Below are positions 39,548 to 50,093 of a stretch of DNA of 64,000 nt, in pieces; within the stretch, counting starts at the first letter, position 1; each line of letters starts with the position of its first letter. A program made the position numbers and the translations under genes. The notes beneath the pieces were generated by a model, which worked only from the letters and a program-made list of their open reading frames with translations, did no database searches and was not told where the DNA came from. Source of the DNA: Candidatus Uhrbacteria bacterium CG10_big_fil_rev_8_21_14_0_10_48_11 (GTDB lineage: Bacteria; Patescibacteriota; Patescibacteriia; GWA2-46-9); the NCBI GenBank assembly GCA_002793855.1, contig PFET01000001.1, positions 19,520 to 83,519 on the forward strand, in the 5' to 3' direction.

Positions 39548-39566
39548 AGACCGCGTCGACCTTTCT

Positions 39567-39602
39567 AAAATACCGCCGCGTTTTACGCGGCGGTATTTTT
39601 TT
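39567..39602. terminator. bidirectional intrinsic terminator (rnj and the convergent pseudogene)
   Basis: The hairpin ccgccgcg-tttta-cgcggcgg is flanked by an A-run on the left and a T-run on the right. Confidence 0.7.
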
Positions 39603-40735
39603 ATTGTCGATAGGGTACCAAGGCGTGATTTTCCACTCTGTATAAAACAAATTCGGTACATTATCACCCGCACTAGCATACAACACTTGTCCACCGGTGC
39701 CTTCGTATGACTTCATGGCTACTAAACCATAACGTATGCATTCTCCTGTTACCATGACACACTGTCGCGCAATACCACCAATAATTTCAAACGCGTCGAA
39801 TGCTCGCGCAACGTAACTATGCTGGGGTTGAACCTCAGTGCCAGCCACCTCTTTATACCGTGTGGCAAATGACGATGTGGCGCCGGTCGCTACCCTGTCG
39901 GGATAACGTGGCGCGTCGACAACCAAAACGCCTTCCGTACTATCGTTAACTGCGGCGAAGAACTGATCGCTTAAAATGGCCCTCGTCGTTAAGAATTGCA
40001 CGTGTAGACCTAACTCTTTTGCTTGGCGAAGAATAAGCGGACCTTCATCCGTATAACTGGCCAACTAGACTACTTCTATTTTTTTACTCTTCGGCTTCGT
40101 AAGCTGAGTGCGAAAATCAGTATCGCCTGCGTTAAGTGATTCTTTATCAATGACGCTACCTCCCGCACGCTCTAGAGCATCGGTAACAGCACTCAAAATG
40201 CCAACGCCGTAATCGTTTGCAATGGACATGATGGCAATATTTTTTGTTGCAAGGTATGTAGCAACACATCGGCTACATACTTGCCCTCGGCCACCGCCGA
40301 AGGGTAGTTTTAAAAGGTAAAATCATTTTCCGTCGTATACGCGGAGTGGATGTGGCCAAACCCGTTTGCACAATCTCATCTTCGTTCACAGGTGTGAGCG
40401 CTAAACCTACACCCGAACCCCATGTAAAAACAGCTGGAAAGGTGTCGCGAAGTTTTAAATTTTGATACGCGCTTATTGCCACCGAAGCGTTACCACCCTG
40501 ACTATCTTCAAAGACGAAGCGGATCGGACGACCGCTGCGGTGATTCGTTTCGTCGGCTGCTAACGTAAGGCCATGCCGTACCCACTCCCCTTGTTCCGCA
40601 CTGTTACCGGTCAGTGGTAAAATGGCTGCAAAAACAATATCGGAAGATCAGCGAGATTCCATTGTTTGCCAAAAAATAACACCAACAAGAGAAGCAACTA
40701 GCAAAATAAGTACAGAAATTTTTATTCTATTCACC
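39600..40735 (-). pseudogene. LivJ-type (type I periplasmic binding protein) ABC substrate-binding protein gene, disrupted
   Basis: Signal-anchor MVNRIKISVLILLVASLVGVIFWQTMESR, then an in-frame TGA at 40648-40650, then AAILPLTGNSAEQGEW..DSQGGNASVAISAYQNLK... The gene also carries a frameshift and an in-frame TAG at 40065-40067. The last ORF fragment runs into the rnj terminator. Confidence 0.6.
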
Positions 40736-41584
40736 ATCTTCTCTGCCTAAAATTTTCTTCACCACGCGTTGTAATTCTTCTTCGCTATAGAAATGAATAG
40801 TGAGTTCCCCGGTACCATCTTTGTCGTCTATTTCAACTTTGGTTGCAAGTTCCCCCTCTAGTAACCCTCGATAATGGTCAAGAATATCGTCTTCGTCGTC
40901 CGCAGCGCCATTAGCAGCCGCCTGATTCTTTTGGCGCAACTTACGAACAGCTCGCTCGGTTTCGCGAACAGAAAAATTACCTTGTAGCAAGCGCTCAAAA
41001 AATTTCAACTGAGACGCCTCCGGAAGTCCGGCAATGACCTTAGCGTGTCCCTCGCTTAATTGACCCGCCCGAATGGCGTCCTGAATCTTCTGCGGCATAT
41101 CCAGTAACCGCAACGCGTTTGCAATGGATGGCCTGGTCTTCCCTACCTTCTCGGCAACCTGTGCCTGCGTCAGTTTAAATTCTTCCATCAATCGTTTGAA
41201 TGCTTCCGCGCGTTCAATGGGATTTAGGTCTTTACGTTGAATGTTTTCGATAAGCGCGAGAGAAAGCCGCTCTTGTTCATCTGCCTGGCGAACAATGACA
41301 AACACCTTGGTTAGGCCTGCCTGCTTTGCCGCACGAAAACGACGCTCACCGGCAATAAGCTGATAACGACCGCTCGGCTGCTCAGTAACGACCAGTGGCT
41401 GCAGGATGCCATGTTCTTTAATTGACTGAGCAAGCCCATCTAGCTCTTCCGCGCCAAATTCTTGACGTGGCTGCCAAGGATTCGCGTCAATAGAGGAAAG
41501 GGAAACGGATCGCATTTCGATCATAGGAAGGGGTTCAAAAGTAAGTCCCTGCTTAGTATATCGGTTTCTGTAGGGCTTTGACAA
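40727..41584 (-). CDS. parB: chromosome partitioning protein ParB/Spo0J
   Basis: ParB box GILQPLVV..YQLIAGERRFRAAKQAGL plus HTH and C-terminal dimerisation regions. No parA gene is adjacent. Confidence 0.85.
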   Translation of the reverse strand: MSKPYRNRYTKQGLTFEPLPMIEMRSVSLSSIDANPWQPRQEFGAEELDGLAQSIKEHGILQPLVVTEQPSGRYQLIAGERRFRAAKQAGLTKVFVIVRQADEQERLSLALIENIQRKDLNPIERAEAFKRLMEEFKLTQAQVAEKVGKTRPSIANALRLLDMPQKIQDAIRAGQLSEGHAKVIAGLPEASQLKFFERLLQGNFSVRETERAVRKLRQKNQAAANGAADDEDDILDHYRGLLEGELATKVEIDDKDGTGELTIHFYSEEELQRVVKKILGREDGE

Positions 41585-41643
41585 CGGGCGCGTTCATCAA
41601 TAGAATAATTGAACCGTTGTATTCTCAATAGTTGGTGCCAAAT

Positions 41644-41730
41644 GCCGCGGTGGCGGAACTGGTATACGCGCGGGACTCAAAATCCCGTGGGGGCAACCTC
41701 GTGAGGGTTCGATTCCCTCCCGCGGCACCA
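41644..41730 (+). tRNA. tRNA-Leu (CAA)
   Basis: Acceptor gccgcgg/ccgcggc, anticodon stem cggga/tcccg with loop ctCAAaa, long variable arm, T arm gaggg-ttcgatt-ccctc, CCA encoded. Confidence 0.9.
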
Positions 41731-41836
41731 GAACAGAACTCAACGGCTTTTTCAAAGCCAGAAGATGGGACGCGCGAAGCGCATGGCACATCATTTGTTT
41801 TGAAAGTAGGTTCGAGCTTGGTACAATAAACACACC

Positions 41837-41877
41837 AAAAAGGTTTCTGACCTGTTTTAGGGCAGAAACCTTTTTAT
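41837..41877. terminator. hairpin terminator, bidirectional
   Basis: aaaaaggtttctg..cagaaacctttttat. Confidence 0.5.
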
Positions 41878-42069
41878 GTACGGTCAAAGAAAATTAATAT
41901 AGAAATGGACAAACAAAAAAACTGGCATAACGCCAGCTTGTTTATATTTTTTGGGTTGAAGTACTGTGACTTCTGTCTTCGTGCTTTCACGGCAAACCTC
42001 GACGGATAAACAAATCGGAATTTTCATCTCTTTCACCCTGCACTAAAATAATGAACTAAGGATGTATTT

Positions 42070-42146
42070 TGGTCGGGCTGGCGAGACTCGAACTCGCGAC
42101 CTTCTGCTCCCAAAGCAGACGCGCTAGCCAACTGCGCTACAGCCCG
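42070..42146 (-). tRNA. tRNA-Pro (TGG)
   Basis: The reverse complement is cgggctgtagcgcagttggctagcgcgtctgctTTGGGagcagaaggtcgcgagttcgagtctcgccagcccgacca, giving anticodon TGG. CCA is encoded. Confidence 0.9.
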
Positions 42147-42189
42147 ATTAAACTTCCTCTATTAAAAGAACAACACAACTAACATTCCT

Positions 42190-42264
42190 TGGTGCCGAGG
42201 GTCAGAATCGAACTGACGACACGTGGTTCTTCAGACCACTGCTCTACCACTGAGCTACCTCGGC
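42190..42264 (-). tRNA. tRNA-Phe (GAA)
   Basis: The reverse complement is gccgaggtagctcagtggtagagcagtggtctGAAgaaccacgtgtcgtcagttcgattctgaccctcggcacca, giving anticodon GAA. Confidence 0.9.
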
Positions 42265-42372
42265 ATGAAGCAGAAAAAAAGTGAGTGAAAAATCAGCAAC
42301 CTCAACACTGACGTAAACAAAAGAATACGATATTTATTCTCAAAAATCAAGTATGGACGAGGGCCAGAACAT

Positions 42373-42906
42373 CTAAGTGTTCTGGCCCCAAAATGCTGTC
42401 TGTTGTTTGTTTTGTCCCCGTTCTTCAGCATCCTCCTTGTTTGTCCAATAGCTTCTGGACATCCTCTGCCGCTTCTTTTGAAGCTGCAGTGTTGGTTCTA
42501 CTTGGTACTCGCTTGGCAGCCACTCCGCTATTACGACAGTAATGGCAGTAAAGCCATCAGCATCGTAACCAAACAGTAAATTCCAATCGGACTTTAACCT
42601 TTGGTTTCGACCTAAAGGTAAACCTCGCTTATAGATAGCGGCTACGCTCGACGGCTGGTCAAGCTTCATCTGAACGCCATGCATGAGAAGATGACGCGTC
42701 TCTTTCGACAATGCTGTCAGCCCGATGCCATACGCGCCTCTAATGAGGCTAATTACCTCATGTGGCACCATGTTGGCAAATAGTCTATGCCAAGCCTTAT
42801 GACGCTTCTGCGAAACCCTCCGAATATTATCGCTATCTCGCTTCCGCTCTGGACACCGGCTGCGGGGCAGCAGATGATGATTCGCTACATTGCCCGAGTT
42901 GCTCAC
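42373..42906 (-). CDS. HNH nuclease domain protein
   Basis: The N-terminus HHLLPRSRCPERKRDSDNIRRVSQKRHKAWHRLF fits the HNH H-H..N..H pattern (compare HH-x-P-x-S-x-GG....N..LC...H..H-x-LF). A ~100 aa C-terminal extension of unknown function follows. Confidence 0.55.
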   Translation of the reverse strand: MSNSGNVANHHLLPRSRCPERKRDSDNIRRVSQKRHKAWHRLFANMVPHEVISLIRGAYGIGLTALSKETRHLLMHGVQMKLDQPSSVAAIYKRGLPLGRNQRLKSDWNLLFGYDADGFTAITVVIAEWLPSEYQVEPTLQLQKKRQRMSRSYWTNKEDAEERGQNKQQTAFWGQNT

Positions 42907-43040
42907 CGGATTTCCTCCTTTATCCTTGCAGGAAAGAGGTAACTTTTCCTCATTCTTACCCTACAACCTACTGGCTGTTTAATCAAATAACAAAGCCACA
43001 AAACCAGATGGGGTAATGAAATTGTCTAAGTATGCAGGGT

Positions 43041-43075
43041 TTACACTTACCCCTCCTCTTGCTATAGTGCTCGCA
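43041..43075 (+). promoter_or_regulatory. sigma70-like promoter for tRNA-Ile
   Basis: TTTACA, a 17 nt spacer, then TATAGT, about 90 nt upstream of the tRNA. Confidence 0.4.
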
Positions 43076-43164
43076 CGCAAAATGACGGCGCGTAGCCACG
43101 ACGCTTCGGTCGGGATTCCGACATAAGGAGCATCATCGGCGCTTCCTTAACAACGATCCATTAC

Positions 43165-43241
43165 GGGCGCGTAGCTCAGCTGGTTAGAGCACTTCACTGA
43201 TAATGAAGAGGTCGATGGTTCGAGTCCATCCGCGCCCACCA
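43165..43241 (+). tRNA. tRNA-Ile (GAT)
   Basis: gggcgcgtagctcagctggttagagcacttcactGATaatgaagaggtcgatggttcgagtccatccgcgcccacca. It stands alone rather than sitting in a 16S-23S spacer. Confidence 0.9.
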
Positions 43242-43420
43242 TCCTTCACTCTCCGAGCTTCGGATGGCACAGCCATCCTAAAAAAAGTAAAGTATGCCGA
43301 GCGAACGCAATGTATCGAGGGACAAACTCCTGCAGTGTTCCATCGAAGATTCTGGTGTTAAGGTTTAATGAAAAATAAATTTAAATAAAAACTACCTAGC
43401 TTTTCGCTAGGATTTTTTAT

Positions 43421-44269
43421 TTACCACCACATCAGATGAATGACTTCGACAAGCCCCCAAAGCGCAATGCCGATAAAAGCGATAGATCCAAAAAGTGCTA
43501 TGATAGCATTTTGCACAGTCCTAATGGTGCGCTCAGGTGAAAGGTAGACAAAAATATTGAGGAGCATATGACCGACAAAAACGCCAATGGCAAAACCAAA
43601 CACATTTACAATATTAAACAAGGTAACGTAGCCAGCAAAATCATCGAGGCCAAGAATAAACGGTACCGTAAAGGCAAGTACAAAAACTGCCCACAAGGTT
43701 TTACGCTTCGTTTCCTTCACTTTTACGTCAGGCAAGATAAAGCGAACAATTTGCAAAACCAAATTATTGACCGGACGAAGAACGCCGCTGATAGACCGAG
43801 CAATTTTTTGCGTAAACAAACTGGTGCCGCTCTTATTTTGCAACGTATGCTCTAAACTGTCTTCGGCAAGACGCAACAAAACGAATGACGCGATAGTGAC
43901 CATAAACGCCAAGAGCCATCGTACCTCTTTAAAAAATGCCCAGACAATTAAAATAGCGAAAGTACCAATGCCGTTCCCAAGCGCCGTGCCAATTTCAATC
44001 GCCACTCTGTTTTTCCAGCCGCGGTGCTTTGCCATCAAGTGCCCCATATAGATGGCAAAATCAACCGCGGTCTTAAGGTAAATCGTGAGACCCACAACAA
44101 TATCCCACCAACGAAGTTCGAGGTGTATTGGTGTTGCAATAAATCGATTGAGCGTCAAAATTTCTATAAAAAGAACACCCACAAGAACAGCACAAACTAC
44201 AGCGGTAAGTATCAAAGGGACAACTTGCGCCTCCAAAAATGTTTCTCTTTTTTGTGCTAATAGTTTCAT
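43421..44269 (-). CDS. polytopic membrane protein with internal duplication (TerC/DUF475-like, tentative)
   Basis: 282 aa with about 8 TM helices. Two halves each carry a membrane-embedded acidic motif (AVDFAIYMGH / LDDFAGYV). Confidence 0.45.
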   Translation of the reverse strand: MKLLAQKRETFLEAQVVPLILTAVVCAVLVGVLFIEILTLNRFIATPIHLELRWWDIVVGLTIYLKTAVDFAIYMGHLMAKHRGWKNRVAIEIGTALGNGIGTFAILIVWAFFKEVRWLLAFMVTIASFVLLRLAEDSLEHTLQNKSGTSLFTQKIARSISGVLRPVNNLVLQIVRFILPDVKVKETKRKTLWAVFVLAFTVPFILGLDDFAGYVTLFNIVNVFGFAIGVFVGHMLLNIFVYLSPERTIRTVQNAIIALFGSIAFIGIALWGLVEVIHLMWW

Positions 44270-44388
44270 GGTCTACCCGTCAGTCTACACTAAATAAGAA
44301 TACCTCGAACAGGCATCTCTAAGGCACTTCACGTCCTCACTTCAAGCAATCAAGTTAAGCGCAATTCGCAAACCTTAAACTTGTACAA

Positions 44389-44421
44389 CAAAAACCCTCG
44401 GTTAGACCCGAGGGTTTTTGG
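44389..44421. terminator. hairpin terminator downstream of the 16S gene
   Basis: aaaaaccctcgg-ttagac-ccgagggtttttgg. Confidence 0.55.
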
Positions 44422-44425
44422 TTTA

Positions 44426-44454
44426 CAACTGCAAAGTGGTAAGAAAATCTCCGT
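44426..44454. promoter_or_regulatory. 16S trailer half of the rRNA processing stem (pairs with 46291-46318)
   Basis: caactgcaaagtggtaagaaaatctccgt is almost exactly the reverse complement of acggagatttcttaccactttgcaattg at 46291-46318. Confidence 0.7.
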
Positions 44455-44546
44455 TTAGTTTATTGCCACCCCTTGCGGGGATCCGATACAAAGTATCAGA
44501 GTCGACTAGCTGTGTACCGACGTGAGATTGGTACACGTAAATCTCC

Positions 44547-46163
<1,617 letters not shown>

Positions 46164-46290
46164 GTGATAATCATCCTTGCTCCCACCCGAAAGTGAAGAG
46201 TAGGTATGATGTAACCCTCTCTACTCAATAAAGCAGAGAGGGGTGGTTACGATATAGACACACCGTCTATATCCAGAACCAAGAAATGTT

Positions 46291-46318
46291 ACGGAGATTT
46301 CTTACCACTTTGCAATTG
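46291..46318. promoter_or_regulatory. 16S leader half of the rRNA processing stem
   Basis: Inverted complement of 44426-44454, as expected for an RNase III processing stalk. Confidence 0.7.
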
Positions 46319-46469
46319 TCAACGAGCGATAGCTTTCCTCGTTTCTGAGGAAAGAAAAAGAGAGAAACCAAAGTTTCGCCCTTTTTCCTACCTCCGAACA
46401 TATGTTCAGGGATACTCCTAAATTGCTAAAAAAGGTATAAGCCGATAGATTGTGAACTAGTGAATGAGC

Positions 46470-46498
46470 TAGATAATAATAAAACCCCTCGCGGGGGT
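46470..46498 (-). terminator. intrinsic terminator ending the rpsP-KH-trmD-ruvX transcript
   Basis: On the minus strand this reads ccccgcgagggg followed by ttttattattatt. Confidence 0.55.
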
Positions 46499-46592
46499 TG
46501 TCAAGGGTCTAATTTGCCGAGTCCAGGAGGGAGACAAGCCACGAACTTGGTGTCGTGCTTGCTCCCTCCGAGGGCTCGGGTTGTGGGCCGCC

Positions 46593-47022
46593 TTAGCGCG
46601 CCCGCGAAAAAAAGATCGGACGAGTGGTGGTACGAAAGCTCCATACCACCAGTGCTACGGACTTGCCAAACGCAGTGGCAATCAGCCACCACATAAAGAT
46701 CATCTGCGCGATTTGCTGGTCCATTCTGCCTCCTCTCAGGTTGTTGAGAAAAATACTACGCCCGTATGTAAAAATCGTCAAGAGGTATTGGAGCCCGGAG
46801 GAGACGCGGCAGCGCCTCCTCAAGCTCGTCGGTGATGTTGTCGAACCACCGACCAAACGCTTCACTGGACGTCAGCGGGTACGACGCGTTGCGCAACCAA
46901 ATAACTCCTGCCACGAACGCTACCATGCCGCTGATGCCGAAATCCACTCCAATGCATAGCGCGTACCTCCTTGGTCGGTCTGACCTTATTGCAATCCTAC
47001 GAGCCGAAACAAGCAAGGTCAA
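46593..47022 (-). pseudogene. YqgF/RuvX-like putative Holliday junction resolvase, frameshifted
   Basis: Frame 1 (47022..46756) gives ..ALCIGVDFGISGMVAFVAG.. (compare the G-x-D-x-G....G-x-A RuvX N-terminus). The overlapping frame (46865..46593) gives ..IFLNNLRGG..VALVVWSFRTTT.. (compare IV-x-G-x-P-x-N-M-x-G..V..W-D-E-R-L-T-T). The TTG start overlaps the trmD stop. Confidence 0.4.
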
Positions 47023-47720
47023 GTTTTCTTTTTCCTTTTACTCTTCCGCCACAGTTCAATTTTTTTATGATCCCCCGTCAGCAATAGCTTTGGCACACGA
47101 TACTTCTTGCCTTTCCATTTCAGTACTTCGGGTCGCGTATAGTGCGGGTACTCAAGCTCCCCATTGTCTTCCGCCTCTTCTTTAACCAAGGCATCCCAGT
47201 GTGATTCTTCGGCAAGCGAGGCAAGACGAATAACCCCCGGTACCAGTCGAGCAACAGCAGAAATAAGTACCATGGCGGCGACGTCCCCATCGGTCGTCAC
47301 ATAAGGACCAATGGAGACCTCTTCTGCTTTCAGCGCGGTCTTCACTCGTTCGTCAATCCCCTCGTAACGACTGGAGATGAGTATAAGCTGGTCGTACTGC
47401 TTCGCCCAACGGTAGGCGGTCTTTTGGGTAAAGGGTTTTCCTTTGGCAGACAAGATGACAACCTTACGTTTTGCTTTCTTTACGTCACTTCCTTTGGTGA
47501 TGCTTGCTACGGTCTTTAAAATTGGCTCGGCTATCATCACCATTCCTGCTCCGCCGCCATATGGGCGATCGTCAGCCGTATGATGTTTGTCTGTGGCCTC
47601 GTCACGAATGTTGTGAGTGTGAATACTAACTAATTTTTTTTCTTGAGCGCGTTTCAAAATGGACTCGTTGAGATACGAATCAAAAATGTGCGGGAAGAGA
47701 GTGAGGATATCAATACACAT
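47019..47720 (-). CDS. trmD: tRNA (guanine37-N1)-methyltransferase TrmD
   Basis: N-terminus MCIDILTLFPHIFDSYLNESILKRAQEKKL and motif RPYGGGAGMVM. A Lys-rich C-terminal tail is present. Confidence 0.9.
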   Translation of the reverse strand: MCIDILTLFPHIFDSYLNESILKRAQEKKLVSIHTHNIRDEATDKHHTADDRPYGGGAGMVMIAEPILKTVASITKGSDVKKAKRKVVILSAKGKPFTQKTAYRWAKQYDQLILISSRYEGIDERVKTALKAEEVSIGPYVTTDGDVAAMVLISAVARLVPGVIRLASLAEESHWDALVKEEAEDNGELEYPHYTRPEVLKWKGKKYRVPKLLLTGDHKKIELWRKSKRKKKT

Positions 47721-47808
47721 ACTTCGATGCTAGCAGTAATAAGGCACACTGCCTAGATAGCAAAACGGGCGACCTAAATCGCCCGTTTTATTTTTGCTTT
47801 ACGTTGCG

Positions 47809-48192
47809 CTAGATGCGCAGGTCGTCAACGGCGCTCGTGTCGATGTCTTCCATTTCATCTTTCGGAGCGGCAGTCTGACGAGGAGCTGAGTGAGGGGCTG
47901 AAGAGCCACCCGCAGCTTCTCGCTGTTCTTGCCGTGCACGACGCAACTCTTCCGGTTCGTAAATTTTGAGGTTTACGCGAGCGTTGTTCTTAGCGCCGAC
48001 AATGCGGAGCAAGGTGCGAAGTGAACGGGCAGTCTGGCCGCTGCGGCCAATGATGTAGCCCATGTCTTCCTTGTCGACGTGCAGGGTAATGAGTACCCCC
48101 ATTTCATCAACGGTGCGTTCGGCCTTCACGGCTTCCGGCTTGTTGACGAGTGCTTTGACAACGTACTCAACAAATTCCTGATCTTTTTCCAT
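47809..48192 (-). CDS. KH-domain RNA-binding protein (YlqC/KhpA-like) with disordered C-terminal tail
   Basis: KH core with MGYIIGRSGQTARSLRTLLRIVG. It sits in the conserved rpsP-KH-trmD neighbourhood. Confidence 0.75.
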   Translation of the reverse strand: MEKDQEFVEYVVKALVNKPEAVKAERTVDEMGVLITLHVDKEDMGYIIGRSGQTARSLRTLLRIVGAKNNARVNLKIYEPEELRRARQEQREAAGGSSAPHSAPRQTAAPKDEMEDIDTSAVDDLRI

Positions 48193-48339
48193 GGTGTTCG
48201 TTTCTAATCTTAACAGATAAGACGTCCAGTACTGTCGACCTATTTTTTATGATCTGGCCAAAGCCGATCCATCCAGTCTGGTGAGAAAGAAGATAGCATT
48301 ATATGTGTTTAATGTCAATTCAACATTTAATAAACCTGG

Positions 48340-48750
48340 CCACTAACGTGGCCGTAGATTGTCTATTTCTTTATTCGGGCAAAGAAACGATGGTGGAAAG
48401 TCCGCCGAAGACCGATCCGCCTCTGGCGGAAAACCCCGCCCTACGCCGACACTTACAATCAGTGGACATTCCTATGACTCACCGACGACGGTGAACTCAC
48501 CAGCTCTTTCCTGAAATACGGCAGGACTGAAAGGGCTGGGTCAAACAGCACCATCGTTACTCAACTCGTCAGTCGTCCGCCCATTCTCCTCGGTCGTCGA
48601 AGGGGTCGTGAAAAGGAAAAACGCCACGCCGGAACGCTAAAGGGGTAGGCACGTAAAGAAAAAGAATTACATAATTAATTATGTAATTCTTTCTTGTAGC
48701 TTTTTGAGCGAAAATCCCATCGTACCGGCTGTGAGCGCGGGAAGGAACGA
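48340..48750 (+). ncRNA. candidate structured RNA with RNase P RNA-like motifs (tentative rnpB-like)
   Basis: On the plus strand there is a P3-like hairpin tttctttattcgggcaaagaaa followed by GGAAAGTCCG (compare the P4 5' strand GGAAAGUCCGGGC). A GACTGAAAGGGCTGGGTCAAACAGCACC segment resembles AGGGUGAAA..GGUAAGAGCGCACC. An AAAGGGGTAGGCACG segment resembles AUAGGGG..GGUACGG. An ACCGGCT lies near the 3' end. A clear 3' P4 partner could not be identified. Confidence 0.3.
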
Positions 48751-49009
48751 GTGGTAGCTAGATACGAACAAGCTGTCTGACGAAGCGGGAGACGAGGAGT
48801 GCTTGTTCGTCACCACTCGTCCTGAAGCGCGCCGTCAGCCGGGTACGTAGGGGGTCATTTTCTGATTACTTTATTCGGCCTCGACGCTTATTTAATATTG
48901 TAAGGAATCGGAGTCCCGACTGATCGTCGGGAGCGAGCAAGAAATGAGGCAACCTACAGTCCCGACGTTACGTTGGGACAAGATTCACAAATAAAAACCA
49001 ATCATTACT

Positions 49010-49036
49010 AAAAACAAAAAGCCCCTTGCGGGGCTC
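49010..49036 (-). terminator. intrinsic terminator after rpsP
   Basis: On the minus strand this reads gccccgcaaggggc followed by tttttgttttt. Confidence 0.6.
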
Positions 49037-49060
49037 TTCTTAAAATCTTAATTTTATCCT

Positions 49061-49591
49061 TTACTCTGTCTTTGCTTCTTCCTTGTCCGCCGTAGCCTCG
49101 GCGGAGGTGGAGGTCGATGCTTCCGCTTTTGACTCTTCTTTTGTCTCTTCGGGTTTTGCCTCTTCCTTTACCTCTTCAGGCTTTGCTTTAGCTTCTTCTT
49201 TGTTCTCCGTCTTGTCCGTCGTAGCCTCGGCGGAGGCGGAAGCTTTAGCGGAGGCAGAAGCCGCTTCTTCCGCATCATTCTTCTTTGTCGCTTCCTCGGC
49301 AATTGCCGCCTGCTTCTTTCGACTTACCTTCACAATCCGAGCCTTCTCACCTTCGATAATCTTCTGGTCAATCAAAATATTGCGCACTGTATCTGAAGTA
49401 GTCGCCCCCTCACTGAGCCAGTACTTGATACGGTCTTCCTTTAGCACATAGGCACGCGGGTTTGAACGCGGGTTAAAAGAACCCACAATTTCAATATGCG
49501 AACCCCACGGATCGCGTCCTTTTTCCTGGACGACAAACCGATAGGTCGGCTGCTTTCGTTTTCCAACACGGCTCAATCGAATAGTTACCAT
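49061..49591 (-). CDS. rpsP: 30S ribosomal protein S16 with long K/E/A-rich C-terminal extension
   Basis: MVTIRLSRVGKRKQPTYRFVV..SFNPR..YWLSEGA forms the S16 core (~85 aa). It is followed by ~90 aa of low-complexity AEEAASASAKA / KEEAK repeats. Confidence 0.9.
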   Translation of the reverse strand: MVTIRLSRVGKRKQPTYRFVVQEKGRDPWGSHIEIVGSFNPRSNPRAYVLKEDRIKYWLSEGATTSDTVRNILIDQKIIEGEKARIVKVSRKKQAAIAEEATKKNDAEEAASASAKASASAEATTDKTENKEEAKAKPEEVKEEAKPEETKEESKAEASTSTSAEATADKEEAKTE

Positions 49592-50093
49592 AAATTGCTT
49601 ACGTTACAGGTTCCCGCACTATAGATGAAAAATAAAATCTCGTCAAGGATTTGCTCAATAACCGTAAACCCTTTTGCCCGAGCCCTCTCTGCTGTTGCCC
49701 TGTCGGCATTTGACAGCACAACTTCGCCAGTAGGTCGCACGTGCCAGCGATTGAAGCCCCCTTCCCCATACATTGTTGCTGAGTGGGCCCTTCCGATGTG
49801 CTGTTCTCGTTCTTTCGGGTCTTCAATAGTTGCAAGTTCTGTTCGAATACGTTTAGTCCCATCACCCTGCAAATAGTTCGTTGCTTGATTGATTCCGTTT
49901 CTACCTCCTGCTCAGGATGCCACGAAGGCGTCAACGGTGATGCCTTCAATTTCTGCCATAGCTTGTAACGTGCCCTTATCATCAGTCAGGAGATGCCGAC
50001 CCAAAACAACTTTCTCTTCATTGCGTTCGGGTTTCGATAGCTGCTCGGTCATACTAAGGATTTTGAGAACAACAAAAACATGGTTACCTCTTT

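Noticed and set aside
41597-41887. ORFs 41597..41887(-) and 41632..41829(+)
   Set aside because: They overlap tRNA-Leu(CAA).
46165-46460. Short ORFs such as 46460..46696 in the 16S leader region
   Set aside because: This is the rRNA leader with promoter and processing stem. No coding signal.
49083-49451. 122 aa plus-strand Ala/Ser-rich ORF
   Set aside because: Antisense to the repetitive tail of rpsP. Compositional artefact.
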